A DNA stretch of 61,843 nucleotides, counting the filler, from Nitrospinae bacterium RIFCSPLOWO2_12_FULL_45_22 (GTDB lineage: Bacteria; 2-12-FULL-45-22): assembly GCA_001803565.1 (NCBI GenBank). It is 6 parts of 6 records of this genome, joined end to end, with 100 filler letters (N's around TTAATTAATTAA, not from the genome) between each part and the next. Parts side by side here need not be neighbours in the genome. Positions count along the whole stretch, not along the records: positions 8,884 to 21,695 come from MHDQ01000054.1; positions 21,796 to 30,773 come from MHDQ01000055.1; 4 more parts are not named here. One strand, given 5' to 3'. This document shows, in pieces, positions 18,718 to 26,432 of the stretch. The notes under the pieces were generated by a model, which worked only from the letters and a program-made list of their open reading frames with translations, did no database searches and had not been told where the DNA came from. The translations under genes and the position numbers were made by a program. The number at the start of each line of letters is the position of its first letter. Positions within the stretch are counted from its first letter, which is position 1.

Positions 18718-19599
18718 GTGGTGGTAAATGAAGAGGGACTAAGGGAAGTGACGGTAGGTATCGCTGGTATCGGTATATCTTTTCTCTTCGGTCAAAACCT
18801 TTTTGGATGTGGACTTAAAGATATCAAGGATGATTTTGTTACAGACAATAGCGCTGAAGTAAAGCTTCGGGTGCATCATGGCGGTATTCCCGGAAAGAGA
18901 CCTGAAAAAAAGATATTCGATTCCGGCAGCACCTGGTCACTCTACTGCAATGGGGGAAAATACGTCTTGCAGGATTGTTCCTTTGAACCTGATTTACTTC
19001 CTGAAAGAATTGTGGTCTTAGAATCTGATTTCAAATCTGGTGACATATACATGAGGAATGGTGTGTTCAATCAAAACCTTCTCCCCGATCCGTTAGGATA
19101 TCCCTTGAATCAGGTTTTGATGATAATGCTCCTATCCCGTTCCAGAGGGATGTTGCTGCATGCGTGCGGTATTGATGATAATGGTAATGGGTATCTTTTT
19201 TTAGGTAATTCAACCCATGGAAAGTCAACCATCTCCAGATTGTGGTTTGAGAACCAGGCGACAGTTCTTAATGATGATAGAATTATCGTAAGGGAAAAAG
19301 ATGAAGAGCTTTGGATGTATGGGACACCATGGCATGGGGCTTTTAAGGAGGTGTCGCCTAAAGGACTACCGATCCGCAAGGTATTCTTCTTGGGTCATGG
19401 AGAAAGGAATTCTGCGGTTCCCAAAAAGTATGCAGAGGCAGCTTCAATGTTTTTAACCCGGTGTTTTCCTCCATTCTGGGATAAAAAAGGGATGGAGTAT
19501 ACTGTCGGTTTATCCCACCGCATAATAAGTAAGATACCCTGTTATGAACTAAATTTTGTGCCAGATAAAGAAATTATCAGTTTCGTAAGGAATATATAA
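18718..19599 (+). CDS. HPr-kinase-like P-loop protein (RiPP kinase / ScmC-like)
   Basis: LHACGI, GNSTHGKST Walker A, LNDDR, YGTPWHG. Confidence 0.78.
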   Translation: MVVNEEGLREVTVGIAGIGISFLFGQNLFGCGLKDIKDDFVTDNSAEVKLRVHHGGIPGKRPEKKIFDSGSTWSLYCNGGKYVLQDCSFEPDLLPERIVVLESDFKSGDIYMRNGVFNQNLLPDPLGYPLNQVLMIMLLSRSRGMLLHACGIDDNGNGYLFLGNSTHGKSTISRLWFENQATVLNDDRIIVREKDEELWMYGTPWHGAFKEVSPKGLPIRKVFFLGHGERNSAVPKKYAEAASMFLTRCFPPFWDKKGMEYTVGLSHRIISKIPCYELNFVPDKEIISFVRNI

Positions 19600-19603
19600 A
19601 TAA

Positions 19604-20110
19604 GTGAGAAAGAGTGTTAATTTAGGAATAACTGACTTATTAGAATTAAGCCAGGCTATCCTTGAAAAAGGCAACTCAATCCGCTTTCAAGCCAAAGGCT
19701 GGAGTATGCGCCCTTTTATTCAAGATGGAGATTTTATAATCGTGAGCCCGGTTCAAAATTCCTCTATTAAAAAAGGAGATGTGGTATTTTATTCCACTGA
19801 TGAAAATAAGGCTATTGTTCATCGCATTATTAAAAAATATAAAAACAATGGCACAACGACATTTCTCATTAAAGGGGATGCCTCTTTTGGCCTCCCTGAA
19901 AGGGTTGATATACGGAACATATTGGGCAAGGTGACCGCAATTGAAAGAAAGGGGTGGAAAAAGAGATTAGATACAAAGTTTTATCGGGTAATTGGTTTGC
20001 TCTTTGCGGGAATATCTCCCTTCAGCCGCTGGACTTATCTAATCGGGAGCCGAGTTAAGCACAGCGGCCGCAGACTGCTGGGCTTTCGTCAGATATCAAT
20101 ACCTCAATAA
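19604..20110 (+). CDS. S24/S26 family peptidase
   Basis: GWSMRPFI (catalytic Ser), GDVVFY, IVHRII, IKGD. Confidence 0.85.
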   Translation: MRKSVNLGITDLLELSQAILEKGNSIRFQAKGWSMRPFIQDGDFIIVSPVQNSSIKKGDVVFYSTDENKAIVHRIIKKYKNNGTTTFLIKGDASFGLPERVDIRNILGKVTAIERKGWKKRLDTKFYRVIGLLFAGISPFSRWTYLIGSRVKHSGRRLLGFRQISIPQ

Positions 20111-20118
20111 AGGGAAAT

Positions 20119-20210
20119 GGGGTCAGGTCTTGACATTTGACATAAGGGGTTTAGTAAAATTTAGGACGATATCATTCGTAAGTTTATGTCAAATGTCAAG
20201 ACCTGACCCC
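20119..20210. repeat. Perfect 27-bp inverted repeat (REP-like)
   Basis: GGGGTCAGGTCTTGACATTTGACATAA / TTATGTCAAATGTCAAGACCTGACCCC. Confidence 0.8.
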
Positions 20211-20233
20211 TCTACGCCAGTAGGAGAGTATAA

Positions 20234-21568
20234 TTGACCTGGACAAACGAGGATCGCTTAATGCTTTATTGTTGCCAAGCTAATATTGGCAACAGCGATA
20301 CAGATGAACTAATTGATACACAAAGAAACGGAATAGATTGGGGGTATTTTCTAAAAAAGGCGAGAACAGAAGGCATCTCGCCTCTAATTTATCACCGGCT
20401 TCAAAAAGTTGTTATAAGTAAGAATAATATCCCCAAGGATGTGATAGAAGAGCTAAAAAAAGATTATTATCTGAGTGCCACTAAAAATACCTTAATTTTT
20501 AAGGAGTTAGGAAAGCTCCTTGAGGCATGTAATAAAGTCGGGCTTCAGGTAATAGTCCTTAAAGGGGCGGCATTGGCGGAAACCGTATATGAGAATCTAG
20601 CTTTGCGGCCAATGTCAGATATAGACCTGCTGGTAAGAAAAGAAGACCTGTTGTCCCTTGATAAACAGTTAAAGACGCTGGGCTATTGGCCATCTGATAG
20701 ATCAGTTGACGATATTGACTTATATTCTCCATCATATCTGACCACCCTTGATTATAGAAATTCTTCCAATAATTCTCCTTCTTTTCATATCCACTGGCAT
20801 TTTGTCAATTCCACCATTCCCAATGACTCTTATATCAAGGATATTCCAATTGAAAATATATGGCGGGATGCTGAAAAAACCAGGATTGCCCAGGTAGAAA
20901 CCCAGGTGATGGTCCCTCACCACCTTATCATACACCTCTCAGAACATGCCTTAAGAGTTACGCACTCTCTGAGCAAATTTTGCTTCTTTTGTGATATCAA
21001 TGAAGCGATCACTTTTTACCAGGAAAGATTGGATTGGGATAAGCTGCTTAGAGAGAGCGATAAGTTCAACCTTAGTAGAATGGTCTATTTAAGCCTATAT
21101 TTTGCTGGTAAATTCCTGGCAACGAGGATACCCCATGATGTTTTATTAAAGCTAAGACCAAAACGGTTTACCCTAGGCGAAAAGCTCTTTATAAATTCTA
21201 TATCAAACAATGACCGCTCTCCGGGCTTAAGCTACCTAGTCCATCTGTCCATGAACAAAGGGTTATTTAGGAAGATGAGATTTGTCTGGAGGACATTATT
21301 CCCTCCGCGTCAAATCATAGCCCAAAGAAGCTATATCCCTCAATCAAGAGTCAGTCCTATGAATTATCTTCGGCGGATTAAGGAGGTTTTTTCGCACTTT
21401 TTTAAGATGGTAATTATTTTAGGGAAGAACTTCCGCAGGAAACCATGGAAAACTTGTAACAGTTCATGTTCTTTGTCATTTCGAGCACAGCGAGAAATCT
21501 TTCCGAGACCGGAGGTAAATAAAGATTCCTCCCTTCGGTCGGAAACATTTATCTTCGATAGGGGCTGA
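20234..21568 (+). CDS. Nucleotidyltransferase family protein (NTP_transf_5 type)
   Basis: VLKGAALA, RPMSDIDLLV, HIHW, HLSEH, CDI; last ~37 aa are encoded by an inserted repeat element. Confidence 0.85.
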   Translation: MTWTNEDRLMLYCCQANIGNSDTDELIDTQRNGIDWGYFLKKARTEGISPLIYHRLQKVVISKNNIPKDVIEELKKDYYLSATKNTLIFKELGKLLEACNKVGLQVIVLKGAALAETVYENLALRPMSDIDLLVRKEDLLSLDKQLKTLGYWPSDRSVDDIDLYSPSYLTTLDYRNSSNNSPSFHIHWHFVNSTIPNDSYIKDIPIENIWRDAEKTRIAQVETQVMVPHHLIIHLSEHALRVTHSLSKFCFFCDINEAITFYQERLDWDKLLRESDKFNLSRMVYLSLYFAGKFLATRIPHDVLLKLRPKRFTLGEKLFINSISNNDRSPGLSYLVHLSMNKGLFRKMRFVWRTLFPPRQIIAQRSYIPQSRVSPMNYLRRIKEVFSHFFKMVIILGKNFRRKPWKTCNSSCSLSFRAQREIFPRPEVNKDSSLRSETFIFDRG

Positions 21569-21576
21569 ACTGTTAC
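21456..21576. mobile_element. MITE-like element (near-identical copy at 44495-44617)
   Basis: Perfect TIR GTAACAGTTCA / TGAACTGTTAC; interior almost identical to the copy on contig 5. Confidence 0.8.
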
Positions 21577-21695
21577 AGAAACTTTTGCCCATGTCTGGTC
21601 CATGATTCATTATTCTTTGGGATCCAATTGTTAAAAAGAAATAAAGAATTTACGGCTATTCTCTCTACCATAACTTATATCCTTAGCATGGTACT

Positions 21696-21795
21696 NNNNN
21701 NNNNNNNNNNNNNNNNNNNNNNNNNNNNNNNNNNNNNNNTTAATTAATTAANNNNNNNNNNNNNNNNNNNNNNNNNNNNNNNNNNNNNNNNNNNN
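21696..21795. other. Artificial contig linker
   Basis: N-run with TTAATTAATTAA. Confidence 0.98.
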
Positions 21796-22157
21796 CTTTG
21801 CTTGGCAACGTTAATTTAAGGCCAGAAGCCCTTTCCGGGGAGATAGCCCGTACTTATCAGACTATATTGGTTCTGGCCAACGGTTTTATTTTTACTGCAA
21901 TGATCTGGGGAGCGATCCTGGCCAACCTGATTGATGGTCAGTTCCGCAAAGCGGCGGGCTTTGCCCTGGCTGCGGCGGCTTGTTCTTTATTCGGTTTGAT
22001 CCATTCGCCTATGCCTAATGCTGAGTTGATCTTACCCTGGGCAGCACCTTCTTTTGTCCCGATAGAGTTTGCTATGGCTTATTCCCTCATGGCCCTGATA
22101 TTTTTAGCTATCGGAGGAACCATCCAGCCACAAAGATGGGTTAATCGTAAGGAGTGA
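21796..22157 (+). CDS. C-terminal fragment of an NCS2-like membrane permease
   Basis: LANGFIFTAMIWGA...LID...SLFGLIHSP; truncated by the contig start. Confidence 0.65.
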
Positions 22158-22315
22158 GCCGTTAGCAGTAAGGAGTAACTTCTCACTGCTTACTGCTTAC
22201 TCCTCACTGAATTGTTTGCGCTCTTTGCGTCTGGTGTATAATTCTATAGCTATAATCTGTGTTATCCGTGAGATCTGAGATTCTCTGAATATCTACTATA
22301 GACGGAGTAGGACTT

Positions 22316-22504
22316 ATGAAAGTGTATTTTCGGGGTAAGATATATGAATATGCCGGGATGATCATGGTTAAAGACCTGCTGAAAGACCTGGCTCTATCTG
22401 CCCAGGCGGTTCTGGTAATAAAAAATAATGAGGTAATCACCGAGGATGAATTCGTGGGAGAGACCGACGAAGTAAGGGTAATCAGTGCTATATCAGGAGG
22501 ATGA
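22316..22504 (+). CDS. ThiS/MoaD-like sulfur carrier (TtuB-like)
   Basis: 62 aa ending in ISGG; directly upstream of a TtuA N-terminus. Confidence 0.85.
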   Translation: MKVYFRGKIYEYAGMIMVKDLLKDLALSAQAVLVIKNNEVITEDEFVGETDEVRVISAISGG

Positions 22505-22513
22505 TGAGAAGAG

Positions 22514-22591
22514 ATGATCTGTAGCCAATGCCAGGCCGAGAAGGCCGTGATTAATCTGCGGCAATATCTCCTGTCCCTTTGTAAAGAACAA
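22514..22591 (+). pseudogene. ttuA: 5' part (Zn-finger) of an interrupted TtuA/TtcA tRNA thiolase
   Basis: MICSQCQAEKAVINLRQYLLSLCKE matches the TtuA N-terminal CxxC...LC motif; homology stops at ~22591 and resumes at 26433. Confidence 0.75.
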
Positions 22592-22750
22592 GTCTTTTTG
22601 CCTTTCAAGAATCCTTCCAGTCAAAATACGGTGTTCAAGATCATAGATCGACAGGGAATCATTATCCATCTCTTCTTCCCCGTGGATTGTCAAAATATAT
22701 TCACGGTTGCGGATCTTATCCCGCATCTCTTTCACAATCCTGTCAAACAC
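22592..22750 (-). pseudogene. Truncated DUF4258-like (RelE-fold) cassette gene
   Basis: YILTIHGEEEMDNDSLSIYDLEHRILTGRILERQKD, cut at the island junction. Confidence 0.6.
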
Positions 22751-22791
22751 TCACATCCTCTGTTTCTGTCTTTTTCCACGCACCCCATTAT

Positions 22792-22883
22792 CACATAATG
22801 TTTGCGGATAAAAGAAGTTTGCGAAGCAAATTTGGACGGAGAAACCTGCAAGGTTTCGTAGTCTTTTATCCGCTGTTATATTC
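22792..22883 (-). repeat. attC-like site 3 (core GTT mutated to ATT)
   Basis: Minus strand GAATATAAC-AGCGGATAAAAGA...TCTTTTATCCGC-AAAC-ATTATGTG. Confidence 0.7.
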
Positions 22884-22971
22884 CCCGAAGGGCAAAAATT
22901 TAGTGCAATGCCCCGAAGGGAAATTTTTGAGTTGCGAGGGCGCCGAAAATTCTGATTAGAAAAGTATCAAA

Positions 22972-23511
22972 TTAAAGATCACTATTCAAGTCATCAATTA
23001 TTGTAATAAATCTGCCTTGGGTGGTAGAGTTGCTTGTCTTATTTAATGGTTCTCCATATTCTATCCAAAAAAGCTCTTTATCAAAAACCGAATTCGCTTT
23101 TGCGACCAAATCTACAAAATATACTTCTAGCGATGAATATGCATTATCAATAGCAAGCTGTTCTTCTTCGGTCAAATCAGGATAGATTTCACTCAAAACA
23201 GTATTAAACTCATTCAAAGAAGCGCTTAAATCATTCGCAGCAGTGAAAAGCTGTTTCTCCAATCCGTTAAAGTCTAACTTCGCTGAGCCACTGGCTTCGG
23301 CGCGGGCGGTGGCAATAGTAGCACTAAGCAACCCCTCAAATTTGCTGGCAGCAGCATTAAGTTGGGCAACTGGCCGGATTATCTTTATTTGACCAGGACC
23401 TAATACTAGGCCGAATGTTTGTACGCTATCAATGCCTGCATACGTAGGTTGAGCCGCGCCAAATAAAAGAACAAAAAACCCAAAAATGATTAAAATATTA
23501 TTTTTTTTCAT
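22972..23511 (-). CDS. Cassette-borne secreted hypothetical protein
   Basis: Signal peptide MKKNNILIIFGFFVLLFGAAQPTYA; lies between two attC-like sites. Confidence 0.7.
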   Translation of the reverse strand: MKKNNILIIFGFFVLLFGAAQPTYAGIDSVQTFGLVLGPGQIKIIRPVAQLNAAASKFEGLLSATIATARAEASGSAKLDFNGLEKQLFTAANDLSASLNEFNTVLSEIYPDLTEEEQLAIDNAYSSLEVYFVDLVAKANSVFDKELFWIEYGEPLNKTSNSTTQGRFITIIDDLNSDL

Positions 23512-23616
23512 AGTATTTTTCTCCTTTCTTATTTTTTATAAATTTTAACCTTTATTATTTATCTATATACTTATCTTATATTTAAACTTTTTGGAAGTCC
23601 AGGCGCCCGAGCAATT

Positions 23617-23721
23617 GAATATAACGTTTAGGCGTTTGCGAGGTTGCCGCTGAGCATTAGCGAAGCGGCAATTTGAGCGGAGCGCCAAAGGTGCGAAGCC
23701 GCAAACGCTGTGTTATCTGAC
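23617..23721 (-). repeat. attC-like site 2
   Basis: Minus strand GTCAGATAAC-ACAGCGTTTGCG...CGCAAACGC-CTAAAC-GTTATATTC; the upstream ORF stops inside the TAAC box. Confidence 0.78.
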
Positions 23722-23928
23722 GTCTGGCATCTTTGAATGTGTTACTTTATCCTCTACTCTTGAAACTACCTTAGGGTTCAGTTCTTTTTCATTATTCCGT
23801 AAGTTTTGGAAAAAAGTATGCAGGTTGTAATTTGCCCGTCTGGCAAGCTCTTCACCTGCTTTGCGGACATCTTGAACAATTGGATCTTGCCACATAATCA
23901 CACCTCCATTAACTCTTCTGGAGTACAA
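23713..23928 (-). CDS. Small putative antitoxin paired with the PIN gene
   Basis: MWQDPIVQDVRKA...; overlaps the PIN gene (likely start at the MWQ Met). Confidence 0.65.
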   Translation of the reverse strand: MYSRRVNGGVIMWQDPIVQDVRKAGEELARRANYNLHTFFQNLRNNEKELNPKVVSRVEDKVTHSKMPDVR

Positions 23929-24371
23929 ATAATTGGCGTATAAATACCAAAGAACCCATTTATCTTCATCAATTTCTTGATGACTTCACCATTTGCAAGA
24001 TGAGCACAATTCCAGGTTACAAGATAATCAATATTATGTGCAGAGGCTACAGCAAGATGAGCGGCATCACGAAAAGATTTCTCTGGAATTTCTAATCTTT
24101 CCATATATACCTTAGCCATTTCCTCAACCTTATCATTCAATTCCAGATGGGGAAAATCCTTTATCTCTTCCAACCTTCTTTTGGCAGCTTCTAGATCACC
24201 CAAGCCAGCTTCTTCAACTACAACCTCAGAAATAAAAACATCAAATCGTCTTATAGCCTTAGGCCACCATTCTCGTGTAATCTCTTGATGAGCAAGAACT
24301 ATGATGTCTCGACTGGGCTTGGAAGTATAATAACTTACCACAGTCGTCTCAAGATATATTGATTCTTTCAT
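23898..24371 (-). CDS. PIN-domain (VapC-like) toxin, cassette-borne
   Basis: SIYLETTVVSY, DAAHLAVA, YLVTWNCAHLAN, PIICTPEEL. Confidence 0.88.
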   Translation of the reverse strand: MKESIYLETTVVSYYTSKPSRDIIVLAHQEITREWWPKAIRRFDVFISEVVVEEAGLGDLEAAKRRLEEIKDFPHLELNDKVEEMAKVYMERLEIPEKSFRDAAHLAVASAHNIDYLVTWNCAHLANGEVIKKLMKINGFFGIYTPIICTPEELMEV

Positions 24372-24411
24372 TAAAACACCTTTTCTGCACTATCAAATCA
24401 ATAAGCCAGAT

Positions 24412-24494
24412 GTCAGCTAACGTTTCGGCATATACGATGTTGCGATAGCAATATGGGCGAAGCGTTAGCGTAGCCGTATATGCCGTGTTATGTG
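24412..24494 (-). repeat. attC-like site 1
   Basis: Minus strand CACATAAC-ACGGCATATACG...CGTATATGCCG-AAAC-GTTAGCTGAC. Confidence 0.78.
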
Positions 24495-24508
24495 ATGTAG
24501 GCCAAATT

Positions 24509-25033
24509 TTATGCGTTGTAAAAATATAAAAATGAAACTACAACCGCAATAATATATACGATTGAGCTTAATAAGTGAAATTTGATAGTATCAGCGACCG
24601 ATTTAGTTAGAAGTTTTTTCTGCTCCTCGTCTTCTGTCAATGAAGTGAAAGCTTTGGCTTGCTGTTGTTTGCGAAAATTCACAATCAAAAACCCAATAGT
24701 TAAAATAGCAAACCAAATAAAGTAATTGGAAAAATTGAAAGCAAATAATAAATAACCAACCAACGCACCATAACCCAGAAGTATCGGAAACATTTTAGGG
24801 AAATACTTATGGTAAGTTGAAAAACGATAGATTTGCATTAAAACAAAAATGCTTACTAAAACAAATATCGCAAAAAGAACAACGCTCATTTCAATTTTTC
24901 CAATTACGAGTCCGATTATTAAAAGAATCACAGCAAGCCAAAGCGAAGCTCCGCTTATCACTTCCGACTTGCTTCCTCTCATAAAGCTTTGCCAGCCACC
25001 CAAGAGGAGTAGAAAAAGCACAATGTAAATCAT
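24509..25033 (-). CDS. Cassette-borne membrane hypothetical protein
   Basis: About 6 TM segments, very AT-rich; first cassette of the array. Confidence 0.7.
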   Translation of the reverse strand: MIYIVLFLLLLGGWQSFMRGSKSEVISGASLWLAVILLIIGLVIGKIEMSVVLFAIFVLVSIFVLMQIYRFSTYHKYFPKMFPILLGYGALVGYLLFAFNFSNYFIWFAILTIGFLIVNFRKQQQAKAFTSLTEDEEQKKLLTKSVADTIKFHLLSSIVYIIAVVVSFLYFYNA

Positions 25034-25074
25034 ATTTTTACGTTAATTATAGGTTAATAAAATTTGGCCTATTT

Positions 25075-25145
25075 CACATAACTCGTTCACAGACGACAAT
25101 GTCGTCTTTTTCCCGATTTTAGAGGTATAGACGACAGTGTCGTTT
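25075..25145 (-). other. Putative attI-like primary recombination site
   Basis: Core G/TTATGTG at 25082; two palindromes, AGACGACA-A-TGTCGTCT (25091-25107) and AGACGACA-G-TGTCGTTT (25129-25145). Confidence 0.55.
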
Positions 25146-25173
25146 ATCCCTTCCTATAGGTTCTATTCTTAAA

Positions 25174-26328
25174 TCATATTCCACCACCTCCCTTTATCCC
25201 TAAAATTTGATCCAAAGGATTTTTTATCTTCATTAAATCCTTGTTGCTCACATGAGTATAAATCTCCGTAGTCTTTGAACTTTTATGCCCTAATAATTCC
25301 TGAATATACCGCAGATCAATCCCATTTTCCAGTAGATGTGTGGCAAATGAATGTCTAAGACTGTGTATCGTCACTTCTTTCTTAACCCCTGCCCGATCAC
25401 ATGCCATCTCAAATATCCTTTGAGCCGTTCTTATTGAAATATGTCTTTCCTTATCCGGTCCGGGAAATAACCAGAGGGCTGGTTTATATCTATTGCAATA
25501 CTCACTTGATACTTTTAGGGCTGACTCTGAAAGCAGAGTATATCTATCTTTTCTGCCTTTGGCACCTCTTACGTGAATCAGCATACGCTTGCTATCGATG
25601 TCTTCAGGTTTTAATCTTACTACTTCGCCAACTCTAAGACCTGCCGAATAAACAAGCATTAATATCGCTTTATGTTTCACATTATCTAACGATGTTAAAA
25701 TCTTTGCAACTTCTTCCTGGCTCAGGACAACGGGCAGCTTCTTGTCTTTGCGGGGCCGTTTGATTTCGTAGAGGAACTTTCTTTTCAACGTGCCCCCGTA
25801 GTAAAATTTCAGGGCGTTGATGGCTTGGTTCAGCGTAGAGGTGGCGGATTGCTTTTCTTCCGCGAGATAGAGGAGATAATTCTTGACGTCGCTCTCACTG
25901 ATTACGGATGAACTCTTACCCGCATGACTGAGAAAATCCCTATTGAAGTAGAGATAGGCTTTTACGGTCTTGTGGCTGTATTTTCTTGAAATCATCTCAC
26001 GCCGGAGGTCTTCAAGATTGTTCACACCATGGGCCTCAGTATGGGGGCGCGATTGGAAGACGGTCGCCTCTCTTGCAGCGACAGGGGCGCCTGATTGTTC
26101 ATTTGGGATGGATCTCTTCAGGGCAGGATCGATACGGATTTCTTCGCTTTCAAAAACCTTGAGAATCTTATCTATGATTTCGTCGGTATGGGAAAAACTC
26201 CAGGATTTGTTTTCCGGATGCCAACGGTAACCGGGGATGCTTTTGACCTTGGCGACGAAGTCAGGGCTGTAAGGAAAGGTAACGGCTATCTTGCCCGCGG
26301 CGCTTCTTGTGAGAGTTACTATGCCCAT
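25174..26328 (-). CDS. Integron-integrase-like tyrosine recombinase lacking the IntI-specific insertion
   Basis: SAM-like N-domain (RKYSHKTVKAY, STLNQAINALKFYY), KKLPVVLS, YSAGLRVGE, KGRKDR, HSLRHSFATHLLE, IQELLGH, TTEIYTHV; RBS AAGGAG before ATG 26328. Confidence 0.9.
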   Translation of the reverse strand: MGIVTLTRSAAGKIAVTFPYSPDFVAKVKSIPGYRWHPENKSWSFSHTDEIIDKILKVFESEEIRIDPALKRSIPNEQSGAPVAAREATVFQSRPHTEAHGVNNLEDLRREMISRKYSHKTVKAYLYFNRDFLSHAGKSSSVISESDVKNYLLYLAEEKQSATSTLNQAINALKFYYGGTLKRKFLYEIKRPRKDKKLPVVLSQEEVAKILTSLDNVKHKAILMLVYSAGLRVGEVVRLKPEDIDSKRMLIHVRGAKGRKDRYTLLSESALKVSSEYCNRYKPALWLFPGPDKERHISIRTAQRIFEMACDRAGVKKEVTIHSLRHSFATHLLENGIDLRYIQELLGHKSSKTTEIYTHVSNKDLMKIKNPLDQILGIKGGGGI

Positions 26329-26396
26329 CGGCGATACTCCTTTGTAAGGCTTCAGCACTGCCTTCAGGATTTATTACCGGGCCGTAAATCGGTTGT

Positions 26397-26425
26397 AGAA
26401 TATATGGGGGATTCCGGATTGTCAA
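26397..26425 (-). promoter_or_regulatory. Sigma70 promoter for the recombinase
   Basis: TTGACA - 17 bp - TATTCT on the minus strand, right at the island boundary. Confidence 0.65.
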
Positions 26426-26432
26426 GAACAAG

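Larger units (their letters stand above)
22592..26432 (-). mobile_element. Integron-like island (recombinase plus cassette array) inserted in ttuA
   Basis: Flanked by the 10-bp direct repeat AAGAACAAGT (22584-22593, 26424-26433); AT-rich cassettes separated by attC-like sites. Confidence 0.75.

Noticed and set aside
16978-21568. Lasso peptide or PQQ cluster
   Set aside because: No asparagine-synthetase-like cyclase or B2 protease, no pqqB/C, and the peptide lacks the PqqA ExxxY motif.
22792-24494. CRISPR array
   Set aside because: The repeats are non-identical long palindromes separated by whole genes; no constant repeat-spacer periodicity and no cas genes anywhere in the window.
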